From NCBI GenBank assembly GCA_036494465.1, contig DASXOJ010000147.1, forward strand, positions 22,955-86,954: DNA of 64,000 nucleotides. The letters run 5' to 3'. Of this stretch, positions 1-8,959 are shown in pieces (positions within the stretch are counted from its first letter, which is position 1; each line of letters begins with the position of its first letter). The translations under genes were made by a program, and so were the position numbers. The DNA comes from Pseudonocardiaceae bacterium (GTDB lineage Bacteria > Actinomycetota > Actinomycetes > Mycobacteriales > Pseudonocardiaceae). The notes below the pieces were generated by a model. It worked only from the letters and a program-made list of their open reading frames with translations, searched no databases and had not been told where the DNA came from.

Positions 1-1216
1 CCTCGCCGGCGATGCCGAGCGGTTCGCGGCTGGTGGCCAGGATGCGCAGCCCGGCGAACCGGGACAGCAGCCGATCGGCCAGCTCGGCGACGCCGTCGAC
101 GATCTGCTCGCAGTTGTCCAGCACCAGCAGCAGCGACTTGTCCGCGAGCACGTCGAGCAGGCGTTGTGCTGGCTCGATCGTCGCGCCGGGCTGGTTCAGC
201 TCGCCGAGCAGCCCGCTGCCGTGCCTGCCGAACGCGGCCAGCACCGTCGGCGCGATGCCGCCTGATTCGGTGACCGAGGCCAGTTCGACCAGCCAGGTGC
301 CGTCCGGCGGGGTTGGCCCCGCAGCCGTCTCGATGGCCAGCCGGGTTTTGCCGACGCCACCGAACCCGGTCAACGTGACCAGTCGCGCGGTGCCGAGCAA
401 CTGGCGGACCCGCGCGACCTCGGTTTCCCGCCCGACGAAACTGGTCCGCGCGGCGGGCAGGTTCCCGCTGGACGTGAGCTCCACGTCAGTCAGGGCGAGT
501 TGGTGGGCGTCGCGCAGTTCCTGGCCGGGGTCCATGCCGAGTTCGTCGGCGAGACGGGCGCGGATCCGGTCGAACGTGGCGAGCGCGTCCGCGCGGCGGC
601 CGGTGCGCAGCAGGGCGCTGATGAGCAGGGCGGCCGGGCGTTCGCGCAGCGGGTGCGCCGCGCAGGTCTCTTCCAGTTCGGCGACGAGCACGGCCGGATC
701 GATGACAGCGGGCGTGACCGCGAGGTCGGCGGCGATCCGGTCCAGGTGGGCGGCGTCGCGCAGCTCGGTGAGCCGGGTGCGCGGCGCGATCGCGAACTCG
801 GCGTCCGGCGCGTCGGCCAGCGCCGGACCGCGCCAGAGGGCGAGCGCGGCGCGCAACGTGTCGGCGGCGTGCGCGGGATCGCCGCAGCGGGCCGCGTCGA
901 CCAGTTCGGTGAACCGGGTCGCGTCGAGGTTGGCCGGGGAGACGTCGAGGGCGTAGCCGGTCGGGTGCGAGCTGATCGCGGCGCGGTCGTTGCCGAGCGT
1001 TCTGCGCAGCCGGGCGATCAGGGTTTGCAGGGCGCCTGCCGGATCGGCTGGAGGAGCGCCGGGCCACAGGTCGTCGATCAGGGCGCCGGTGCTGACCACC
1101 CGGCCCGCGTCAACGGCCAGCCGCAGCAGCAACAGGCGAGGTCCGGCCGCGGTGATCTCGATCGGCGTACCGGTGGAGCCGTGCACGGTGAGCGGTCCGA
1201 GGATGCCGATCCGCAC
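1..1216 (-). CDS. AfsR/SARP-family regulator (OmpR-type HTH + BTAD + NB-ARC ATPase); 3' end lies outside the window
   Basis: Hand translation from GTG at 1216: VRIGILGPL...LIDDLWP...ALWRGPAL...HPLRE...GNLPAARTSFVGR...LTGFGGVGKTRLA (P-loop)...LLVLDNCE. GGAGG RBS upstream. Not in the ORF track because it runs off the edge. Confidence 0.9.
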   Translation of the reverse strand, partial: MRIGILGPLTVHGSTGTPIEITAAGPRLLLLRLAVDAGRVVSTGALIDDLWPGAPPADPAGALQTLIARLRRTLGNDRAAISSHPTGYALDVSPANLDATRFTELVDAARCGDPAHAADTLRAALALWRGPALADAPDAEFAIAPRTRLTELRDAAHLDRIAADLAVTPAVIDPAVLVAELEETCAAHPLRERPAALLISALLRTGRRADALATFDRIRARLADELGMDPGQELRDAHQLALTDVELTSSGNLPAARTSFVGRETEVARVRQLLGTARLVTLTGFGGVGKTRLAIETAAGPTPPDGTWLVELASVTESGGIAPTVLAAFGRHGSGLLGELNQPGATIEPAQRLLDVLADKSLLLVLDNCEQIVDGVAELADRLLSRFAGLRILATSREPLGIAGE

Positions 1217-1238
1217 CGCCGCCTCCGCTCCTATGGCG

Positions 1239-2063
1239 CTACAACGACCACCCTTGCGCACCGGGCCAGGTGCACGCGGTCGCGCCCGCGTGGGTCGCCG
1301 CCTGCAACGCCTCGGTCCGGTCCGCGCCAGCGGCCAGCGCCGCAGCCAGTGCCCCCGCGAACGCGTCGCCCGCGCCAGTGGTGTCGACCACGTCGATCTT
1401 AGGCGCGGTCGAGGTAGCGCCGCCCCAGCGGGCACCCGCCGAGCCGAGCGTGACGCACAACGACTCCGGCGCGGTCGAACCGAGCTGCGCGGCCTCGTGC
1501 TCGTTGACGATCAGGGGGTCGACGGCGGCGAGGAGTTGCTCGGGCAGCGGCATCCACGGCGACGGGTTCACGATCAGCCGGATGCCGCACTCCACCGCGA
1601 TCTCGGCGACCCGCAGCACCGAGGGCATCGGGATTTCCAGTTGCAGCACCAGCACATCCGCCGAGCGGATGGTGTGCTCCTCGACCTCGACGGCCTTCTC
1701 ATCCATGGCCTCGTTCGCGCCCGGGACCACGATGATGGTGTTCTCGCCGTGCTCGTCGACGGCGATCAACGCGGTGCCGGTCGGCGTGTCCGGCGCGACC
1801 ACCACCCCGGAGCAGTCGACGTGCCGGGCGGACAGTCCGCGCCGGTAGGCGTCACCCGCCTCGTCATCGCCGATCCGGCCGATCAACCTGGTCTTGGCGC
1901 CCGAACGGGCCGCGGCTAACGCCTGGTTGGCGCCCTTGCCACCGGGCAGCCGGGTCAGGCCCTGGCCGCGCACGGTCTCGCCGGGCGTCGGATGTGCGTT
2001 GACGTGCGTGATGACGTCGATGTTGAGCGAACCGACCACGCAAACCCGGGGTTGCCTGCTCAT
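1239..2063 (-). CDS. rbsK: Ribokinase / PfkB family carbohydrate kinase
   Basis: PfkB motifs PGGKGANQA and DTTGAGDAF; translationally coupled to the upstream nucleoside hydrolase. Confidence 0.88.
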   Translation of the reverse strand: MSRQPRVCVVGSLNIDVITHVNAHPTPGETVRGQGLTRLPGGKGANQALAAARSGAKTRLIGRIGDDEAGDAYRRGLSARHVDCSGVVVAPDTPTGTALIAVDEHGENTIIVVPGANEAMDEKAVEVEEHTIRSADVLVLQLEIPMPSVLRVAEIAVECGIRLIVNPSPWMPLPEQLLAAVDPLIVNEHEAAQLGSTAPESLCVTLGSAGARWGGATSTAPKIDVVDTTGAGDAFAGALAAALAAGADRTEALQAATHAGATACTWPGAQGWSL

Positions 2064-3040
2064 GCCGACACCACCGGAGCGAGCAGGGTCTGGGTGAACA
2101 GCTGGCCGTAGCGGTCACCGTCGATGCCGAGCCCGACGCTGACCCGCTCGGTGAGCAGGGGATGACCGTGGTGTTCCGCGTCGCCGCGCAACGACCTCCG
2201 GTCCACGATGGTTTGGCCTCTGGTGAGGCCGCTGGCGAGTTCGACCTGGAGGGGTAAGAGCTCGGTGCGCAGGTGCTCGGGTTCGGCGACCGCGCAGACC
2301 GCGCCCGCGTCGCCGAGGTGCGCGCCGCCAGCTCTGCCGATGCGGTGGTCGCCGCCGCTGGCGCGCAGCGCGTGTTCGAGGAGTCGGCCTGCGAGCACGG
2401 CACCGGGATCGGTGCTGGCGGAGAGGCTGGTGACCTCGGCAGCGGAGGCGGTCGCGCCGTAGAAGACGTCCAGCCCGTACATGGTCACCGGGGCGTCGCA
2501 GCCGAAGACGATCGCGGCTGACTCCGGGTCGTGCCAGACGTTGAACTCGGCGACCGCGGTGGCGTTGCCGGTGGAGGCGGAGCCGCCCATCACCATGATC
2601 TTGGCGAGCTTGGCGGTTACTTCCGGGTAGGCCCGCAGCAGCAGGGCCAGGTTGGTCATCGGAGCCAGCGAGACGAGAGTCACCGGCTCGGCGTTGTTCA
2701 TGATGCGGCTGCGTAACAGCTCGATGGCGTGCATTTCGGACGGTTTTCGCTCGGATTCGGGCAGGCCGAGATCGGCCATGCCGTCCTTGCCGTGCACATG
2801 GGCGGCGTCGCGGTTCGGTTCGAGCAGCGGCCTGCTCGCGCCGCGCGCCACCGGGACCTCGCCGGCGCCTGCCGCGTCGAGCACCTTGAGCGTGTTGCGC
2901 ACGACCTGGTCGACGTGGGTGTTACCGGCGACGCAGCTGACGCCGAGCAGGTTGAGTTCGGGGTGCCGGGCCGCGAACAGGATGGCCAGGGCGTCGTCGA
3001 CGCCCGTGTCCACGTCAAGCAGGATGTCGATCATCGGCAT
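2060..3040 (-). CDS. Nucleoside hydrolase (IU-NH family)
   Basis: Ca-binding motif DVDTGVDDALA, VHGKDG, AEFNVWHDPE. Start moved to ATG 3040 (RBS CAGGAAGG). Confidence 0.9.
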   Translation of the reverse strand: MPMIDILLDVDTGVDDALAILFAARHPELNLLGVSCVAGNTHVDQVVRNTLKVLDAAGAGEVPVARGASRPLLEPNRDAAHVHGKDGMADLGLPESERKPSEMHAIELLRSRIMNNAEPVTLVSLAPMTNLALLLRAYPEVTAKLAKIMVMGGSASTGNATAVAEFNVWHDPESAAIVFGCDAPVTMYGLDVFYGATASAAEVTSLSASTDPGAVLAGRLLEHALRASGGDHRIGRAGGAHLGDAGAVCAVAEPEHLRTELLPLQVELASGLTRGQTIVDRRSLRGDAEHHGHPLLTERVSVGLGIDGDRYGQLFTQTLLAPVVSA

Positions 3041-3272
3041 TGCCTTCCTGTCCCACGACCTACCACGCACGGTAGCTCTTGCCCGCCGGTTGCCTCGCGT
3101 GCGTGCACTTTCCATCTTGGCTGGTCATGTCGGCTGGTGCCGGACCATCCGGACATGAGCGCCTGATCGTGTCGCACACAACAAGGACGGAATGACTGGC
3201 CGTTGCGGTTGGTTGGGAATTGACGCGTAAGTCCTTCACGTATCAGAACGTCGTTTTTCTCGGAGGTCGACC

Positions 3273-4199
3273 TTGGCGAGCAGCAGCATCCCGGCGGATC
3301 GGACCTGGCTGGTCGCCTTATCGGCAGCTTTGTGGGGCACCGACGGCCTGCTCCGCAAACCGCTGGCCGACGTCCTGCCGGCAGCCACGGTCGTGTTCTG
3401 GGAGCACGCGATCGTCTTCGTCGTGCTGCTGCCGTGGGTGCCGATGGCGCTGCGGGCGCTGCGCCGGTGCACCTGGCGGGAGCGGGCCGCCGTGATCGCG
3501 GTCGGCGTCGGCGCGTCCGCGCTGGCCACCGCCCTGTTCACTCAGGCGTTCGCGGTCGGTGATCCGGTGACCCCGCTGGTGCTGCAGAAGTTCCAGCCGA
3601 TCTTCGCCATCCTCGCCGCCTGGCTGGTACTCGGCGAGCGAATCCGGCGCGGGTACCTTTGGTTCGCCATTCCGGCGATCGCGGGGGCCTGGCTGTTGAC
3701 CTTCCCGAATCCCTTTCAGGTTCAGGTCAGCGCCGCCGAGTCCGCGTTGCTCGCGTTGGGCGCCGCCGCGCTGTGGGCGGGCGGCACCGTCCTCGGCCGA
3801 CTGGTCAGCGAGCGGCTCTCCGCGTGGGAGGTGACCGTGCTGCGCTATGTGTTCGGTCTGCTCGGCGCGAGCGCCATCGTGCTCGTCCAGGGCGCGCCGA
3901 TCGGTGTCCACTCCGGCGACATCCTCGGACTCGTACTGCTCGCGCTGGTGCCCGGTCTGCTCGCGCTCGGGCTCTACTACACCGGCCTCCAGGCGACGCC
4001 CGCGGCGCGCGCCACCCTGGCCGAGTTGGCGTTTCCGGCGACCGCCGCGGTGCTCGGCGTGACCGTGCTCGGCGCGACGTTCACGGTCAGCCAGTGGACC
4101 GGCTTCGCGGTCGTGCTGCTGGCGGTGACCGGTCTCGGGTGGCACGAACGCCGCGCCCGCAGCGCCTTGGTGGCGGCACCGATCCAGTTGGCGGCGTGA
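3273..4199 (+). CDS. EamA/DMT family transporter
   Basis: About 10 hydrophobic helices in two repeats; TTG start with GGAGG RBS. Confidence 0.85.
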   Translation: MASSSIPADRTWLVALSAALWGTDGLLRKPLADVLPAATVVFWEHAIVFVVLLPWVPMALRALRRCTWRERAAVIAVGVGASALATALFTQAFAVGDPVTPLVLQKFQPIFAILAAWLVLGERIRRGYLWFAIPAIAGAWLLTFPNPFQVQVSAAESALLALGAAALWAGGTVLGRLVSERLSAWEVTVLRYVFGLLGASAIVLVQGAPIGVHSGDILGLVLLALVPGLLALGLYYTGLQATPAARATLAELAFPATAAVLGVTVLGATFTVSQWTGFAVVLLAVTGLGWHERRARSALVAAPIQLAA

Positions 4200-4417
4200 T
4201 CGCACGGTGTTACGATCTCCCTCGTTACTCAAGAAATTCTGGCGACTCGGATCATGAACATCGCTGACATTCCGATGGATCCACGGGGTTCACCGCCATC
4301 GCCAACGGTGCGGTAAGCGCGGAAAAGATCTAGCTGAAGCGGGCTCAAGCAAAGGGCCAACAATAATGATCGATCAAGAGGTGTGAAATTCACCCTAATA
4401 GGGGCGAATGAAACACC

Positions 4418-4446
4418 TTGTGTGATCGGCATCACACCCCTATGTT
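4418..4446 (+). promoter_or_regulatory. Sigma70-type promoter (TTGTGT-17 nt-TATGTT) overlapped by a perfect CRP/GlxR-type site TGTGA-N6-TCACA (4421-4436)
   Basis: Read directly: ttgTGTGAtcggcaTCACAcccc-tatgtt, upstream of the first gene of the hydrogenase operon. Confidence 0.65.
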
Positions 4447-4525
4447 TGGCTACCGAGAGATCGATCAGCTCGACCGAACTGCCCCCACCACAAATTGGTT
4501 CCACCACATGAGGAAGTGACCCGCA

Positions 4526-5146
4526 ATGGCGCGGTCGTCCGTTGAGGTGAGCTCCGTCGCGGAATTGTTCGATCGTCGAGTGGCGCCGATCGAGGCGCTG
4601 GCCCACGATGCCACCGCGGTCGCGCGGGCGTGCCACGCCATGGCGATTCGCTTTCACCAGGGCGGAAAACTTGTCGTCTTCGGCAACGGTGGGCCCAGCA
4701 CCGACGCGCAGCACGTCGCGGTCGAGTTCGTCCACCCGGTCATCGTCGGAAAACGCGCACTGCCCGCTATTTCGCTGACCGCCGATATTGCCACCATCAC
4801 CGGCATAGCCAATCGAGACGGACTCGCCGAAATATTCGCCCACCAGATACGTTTCCTTGCCGAGCCAGCGGATATCGCCCTCGGTATATCAACCGACGGT
4901 GACTGCGAGAACGTGCTGCGCGGGCTGAGCGTGGCACATGGTCTCGGCATGTTGACCATTGCCCTGGTCGGCGGAAACGGCGGAAAGATCGCGGCCAGCC
5001 GCGAAATCGATCACCTGTTGATTGCCGATTCGAATGATCCCCGGGTGATCAAGGAAGTACACGTGACCACGTATCACATTCTGTGGGAACTGGTGCACGT
5101 GTTCTTCGAGCAGCCCGGCGTGCTCGCCCCGGGAGTGCTGACATGA
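4526..5146 (+). CDS. GmhA-like SIS-domain protein 1 (hydrogenase-associated)
   Basis: FGNGGPSTDAQHVAVEF, GISTDG and EVHVTTYH align with phosphoheptose isomerase motifs. Confidence 0.85.
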   Translation: MARSSVEVSSVAELFDRRVAPIEALAHDATAVARACHAMAIRFHQGGKLVVFGNGGPSTDAQHVAVEFVHPVIVGKRALPAISLTADIATITGIANRDGLAEIFAHQIRFLAEPADIALGISTDGDCENVLRGLSVAHGLGMLTIALVGGNGGKIAASREIDHLLIADSNDPRVIKEVHVTTYHILWELVHVFFEQPGVLAPGVLT

Positions 5147-5382
5147 CCGAACCGCAGTACGTACCGGATCTCCAGGAAAGCCAGGAGTGCCACGACGAAG
5201 TGTGCATCACCTGCTCGGACCTCGCGGTCCAGGTCAGGGTGCTGCGCCTGCAGGCCGATGATCTGGCCATTGTGGACACTGGAAGTAGCGAGGAGGAGGT
5301 CAGCGTCGCGCTGGTGTCCGCGCACGTCGGCGACACGATACTGGTGCACGCCAGCGAGGCCATCGCGGTGATCCGGCCATGA
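5143..5382 (+). CDS. Atypical HypC/HybG/HupF-family protein
   Basis: ATGA overlap with SIS1. OB-fold pattern ...EVSVALV...VGDTILVHA..AI, preceded by CHDEVCITCSD. Confidence 0.75.
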   Translation: MTEPQYVPDLQESQECHDEVCITCSDLAVQVRVLRLQADDLAIVDTGSSEEEVSVALVSAHVGDTILVHASEAIAVIRP

Positions 5383-6041
5383 CCGAGGTCGAGGCCCTCT
5401 ACCCGTTCCTCTACGCAGACACCAGCAACATCGACGCGGTGCTCCAGGAGGTCCGCAGGTCTACTGTGGACAAGGCGAACGAGATCATCGCGCTGCGCCG
5501 TCAGGTGCTCGCCGTCGACGGCGCCCGGCTCGCCGAATGCGCCGACGACATGGCCGAACGTTTCGTGGCGGGCGGACGGCTGCTGACCTTCGGCAACGGC
5601 GGCAGCTCGACCGACTCGCAGGACCTGGCCAGCCTGTTCCTCGGTCACGAACGCCCGCTGCCCGCGTTCGGCCTCACCAACGACATCGCCGTGGTCACCG
5701 CGCTGTCCAACGACGTCGGCTTCGATGTCGTGTTCTCCCGCCAGATAGCGGCCTTCGCGCGGTCCGGTGACATCGCGGTCGGCCTGTCCACCAGCGGCAA
5801 CTCGGCCAACCTGTTGCGTGCCTTCGACGAAGCCGCCCGACGCGGCCTGTTGACGGTCGGCATCGCCGGTTACGACGGCGGCAAGATGGCCGAGCTGGAC
5901 AGCATCGACTACCTGTTCGTGGTGAACTCCGCTTCGGTGCACCGCATCCAGGAAGCCCAGACCACGATCTACCACGTGCTCTGGGAATTGACGCTGACCC
6001 TGACAAGTTCTGCAGCATCGATGAGAGGTGATCCGTCGTGA
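5379..6041 (+). CDS. GmhA-like SIS-domain protein 2 (hydrogenase-associated)
   Basis: FGNGGS, LSNDVGF, GLSTSGNSAN, RIQEAQTTIYH. Confidence 0.87.
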   Translation: MTEVEALYPFLYADTSNIDAVLQEVRRSTVDKANEIIALRRQVLAVDGARLAECADDMAERFVAGGRLLTFGNGGSSTDSQDLASLFLGHERPLPAFGLTNDIAVVTALSNDVGFDVVFSRQIAAFARSGDIAVGLSTSGNSANLLRAFDEAARRGLLTVGIAGYDGGKMAELDSIDYLFVVNSASVHRIQEAQTTIYHVLWELTLTLTSSAASMRGDPS

Positions 6042-7105
6042 CAGCGACTGAGCCAGCCCATGCCGCCACAGCGGCGGAGGAAGAGTCTCCCATCCATATC
6101 CTCTGGATCAATGCCGGATTGAGCTGTGACGGGGACTCGGTGGCGCTGACCGCGGCCACCCAGCCGAGTATCGAGGAGATCGTGCTCGGCGCCCTGCCCG
6201 GCCTGCCCAAGATCGCGGTGCACTGGCCGTTGATCGACTACGAATGCGGGCCGCTGCAAGGCGCGGACACGTTCATCGAATGGTTCTACAAGGCGGATCG
6301 AGGCGAACTGGAACCGTTCGTGCTGGTGATCGAGGGGTCCATCCCGAACGAGTCCATCAAGCGCGAGGGCTACTGGTCGGGTTTCGGCAACAACCCGCTC
6401 ACCGGCCAGCCGATGACCACCAGCGAATGGCTGGACCGGTTGGCGCCCAAGGCATTGGCGGTCGTCGCGGCGGGCACATGCGCCTGCTACGGCGGCATCC
6501 ACGCGATGGCGGGCAACCCGACCGGCGCGATGGGCGTGCCCGACTACCTCGGCTGGGACTGGAAGTCCAAGGCCGGTCTGCCGATCGTGTGCATCCCGGG
6601 TTGCCCGACGCACCCGGACAACTTCTCCGAGACCCTGCTCTACCTGCTGTACCAGGCCTCCGGTCAGGCACCGATGATCCCGCTTGACGACCAGCTGCGC
6701 CCGCGCTGGTTGTTCGGGTCGACCGTGCACGAGGGGTGTGACCGGGGCGGTTACTACGAGCAGGGCGAGTTCGCCGATGAATACGGCTCACCCAAGTGCC
6801 TGGTGAAGCTGGGCTGTTGGGGTCCGGTCGTCAAGTGCAACGTGCCCAAGCGGGGCTGGATCAACGGGGTCGGTGGTTGCCCGAACGTGGGCGGCATCTG
6901 TATCGGCTGCACGATGCCGGGCTTCCCGGACAAGTTCATGCCGTTCATGGACAAGCCGCTCGGCGCGAACGTGTCGGCAACGGCGAGTGTCACCTACGGC
7001 TCGATCATGCGCAAGCTGCGCGGATTCACGGCGCGCAAGGCCGACAAGGAACCGGCCTGGCGCAGCAAGGGTGAACTCAAGACCGGCTACCGGTCCTCCT
7101 GGTAA
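6038..7105 (+). CDS. hhyS: Group 1h [NiFe]-hydrogenase small subunit
   Basis: SCDGD, CACYGG, GCPTHP, HEGC, CLVKLGC, GCPNVGGICIGC FeS motifs; no Tat leader. Confidence 0.93.
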   Translation: MTATEPAHAATAAEEESPIHILWINAGLSCDGDSVALTAATQPSIEEIVLGALPGLPKIAVHWPLIDYECGPLQGADTFIEWFYKADRGELEPFVLVIEGSIPNESIKREGYWSGFGNNPLTGQPMTTSEWLDRLAPKALAVVAAGTCACYGGIHAMAGNPTGAMGVPDYLGWDWKSKAGLPIVCIPGCPTHPDNFSETLLYLLYQASGQAPMIPLDDQLRPRWLFGSTVHEGCDRGGYYEQGEFADEYGSPKCLVKLGCWGPVVKCNVPKRGWINGVGGCPNVGGICIGCTMPGFPDKFMPFMDKPLGANVSATASVTYGSIMRKLRGFTARKADKEPAWRSKGELKTGYRSSW

Positions 7106-7115
7106 GGGAAGCGCG

Positions 7116-8897
7116 ATGGCAACGACCAAGGGCAACAGCGACACCGACAAACTAGTCGAGATGTCGTGGGACCCGATCACCAGGATCGTCGGTAGCCTCG
7201 GGATCTACACCAAGATCGACTGGGCGCAGAAGCGCGTTGTCGAATGCCACAGCACCTCGTCGGTGTTCCGCGGCTACAGCATCTTCATGAAGGGCAAGGA
7301 CCCGCGCGACGCGCACTTCATCACCAGCAGGATCTGCGGCATCTGCGGCGACAACCACGCGACCTGCTCGGTCTACAACCAGAACATGGCCTATGGCGTG
7401 CGCCCGCCGCACCTCGCCGAGTGGATCATCAACCTCGGCGAGGCCGCCGAGTACATGTTCGACCACAACATCTTCCAGGAGAACCTGGTCGGCGTCGACT
7501 ACTGCGAACGGATGGTCCGGGAGACCAACCCGGGCGTGCTGGAACTGGCCAACCGCACCGAATCCCCGCACGCCGAACAGCACGGTTACCGCTTCATCGG
7601 CGACATCATGCGCGCGCTCAACCCGTTGGAGGGCGAGTTCTACCGCGAGGCGTTGCAGGTCAGCCGGTACACCAGGGAGATGTTCTGCCTGATGGAGGGG
7701 CGCCACGTGCACCCGTCCACGTTGTACCCGGGCGGCGTTGGCACGGTGGCCACGATCCAGCTGTTCACCGACTACCTGACCAGGCTGATGCGCTACGTGG
7801 AGTTCATGAAGCGCGTCGTCCCGCTGCACGACGACCTGTTCGACTTCTTCTACCAGGCCCTGCCCGGCTACGAGATGGTCGGCTACCGCCGCACCATGCT
7901 CGGCTGCTGGGGTTCGCTGAACGACCCGGACCACTGCGACTTCAGCTACCGGAACATGACCGACTGGGGCAGGCGGATGTTCGTCACCCCGGGCGTCGTC
8001 GTGGACGGCAAACTGGTCACCACCGACCTGGTCGACATCAACCTGGGCATCCGGATCCTGCTCGGTTCCTCGTACTACGAGGACTGGGAGGACCAGGAGA
8101 TGTTCGTGCACAACGACCCGTTGGGCAACCCGGTCGACCGTCGGCACCCGTGGAACCAGCACACGATTCCTCGGCCGGCAAAGCGCGACTTCGACGACAA
8201 GTACTCGTGGACCATGTCGCCGCGCTGGTTCGACGGCAAGGACTACCTCGCGCTGGACACCGGCGGCGGCCCGCTCGCCCGGTTGTGGCCGACGGCGCTG
8301 GCCGGCCTGGTCAACCACGACTACATCCGCTCCACCGGCCACAGCGTGATCATCAACCTGCCCAAGACCATGAACAAGCCGGAGGTCACCTTCGAGTGGA
8401 AGATTCCACAGTGGAGTAACGCGCTGGAGCGCAACCGCGCCCGCACCTACTTCCAGGCGTACGCGGCGGCATCGGCGATGCACTTCATCGAGAAGGCACT
8501 GGCCGAGGTGCGCGCAGGGCACACCAAGACCTGGGAGTCGTTCAAGGTGCCCGAGGAAGCCATCAGCTGCGGGTTCACCGAAGCCGTGCGCGGTGTGCTC
8601 TCGCACCACATGGTGATCAGGGGCGGCAAGATCGCCAACTACCACCCGTACCCGCCGACGCCCTGGAACGGCAGCGTCCGCGACTCCTACGGCACCGCAG
8701 GACCCTACGAGGACGCGGTGCAGAACACGCCGATCTTCGAGGAGAACACCCAGGAGAACTTCAAGGGCATCGACATCATGCGCGCGGTTCGCAGCTTCGA
8801 CCCGTGCCTGCCCTGTGGCGTGCACATGTCCGTTGGCAACGGAAAGGTGCTCAACAAGCTGCACTCGCCACACGCCTTCAACAACGACCAGATCTGA
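7116..8897 (+). CDS. hhyL: Group 1h [NiFe]-hydrogenase large subunit
   Basis: L1 TSRICGICGDNH and L2 SFDPCLPCGVH (group 1h/5 signatures), followed by a cleavable C-terminal tail. Start ATG 7116. Confidence 0.95.
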   Translation: MATTKGNSDTDKLVEMSWDPITRIVGSLGIYTKIDWAQKRVVECHSTSSVFRGYSIFMKGKDPRDAHFITSRICGICGDNHATCSVYNQNMAYGVRPPHLAEWIINLGEAAEYMFDHNIFQENLVGVDYCERMVRETNPGVLELANRTESPHAEQHGYRFIGDIMRALNPLEGEFYREALQVSRYTREMFCLMEGRHVHPSTLYPGGVGTVATIQLFTDYLTRLMRYVEFMKRVVPLHDDLFDFFYQALPGYEMVGYRRTMLGCWGSLNDPDHCDFSYRNMTDWGRRMFVTPGVVVDGKLVTTDLVDINLGIRILLGSSYYEDWEDQEMFVHNDPLGNPVDRRHPWNQHTIPRPAKRDFDDKYSWTMSPRWFDGKDYLALDTGGGPLARLWPTALAGLVNHDYIRSTGHSVIINLPKTMNKPEVTFEWKIPQWSNALERNRARTYFQAYAAASAMHFIEKALAEVRAGHTKTWESFKVPEEAISCGFTEAVRGVLSHHMVIRGGKIANYHPYPPTPWNGSVRDSYGTAGPYEDAVQNTPIFEENTQENFKGIDIMRAVRSFDPCLPCGVHMSVGNGKVLNKLHSPHAFNNDQI

Positions 8898-8959
8898 CGT
8901 GACGGAACTACCGGCGCCCGCGCATGCCGTGGGCGCCGGTACGCAATGGCGGAGGCGAC

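Noticed and set aside
12-1402. Long plus-strand ORFs 12..956 and 500..1402
   Set aside because: Antisense shadows of the minus-strand AfsR/SARP gene, which has clear motifs.
4229-4843. Minus-strand 204-aa ORF across the hydrogenase promoter
   Set aside because: No motifs; antisense to SIS1 and runs through promoter elements.
4526-6041. ADP-heptose/LPS biosynthesis (gmhA)
   Set aside because: No hldE, gmhB or glycosyltransferase nearby; key residues are split between the two copies and the context is a hydrogenase operon.
6873-7115. N-terminal extension of hhyL in the ORF track
   Set aside because: Overlaps hhyS; the true start is ATG 7116 with an RBS. Similar over-extensions were trimmed at 36274, 13118, 14254, 10468 and others.
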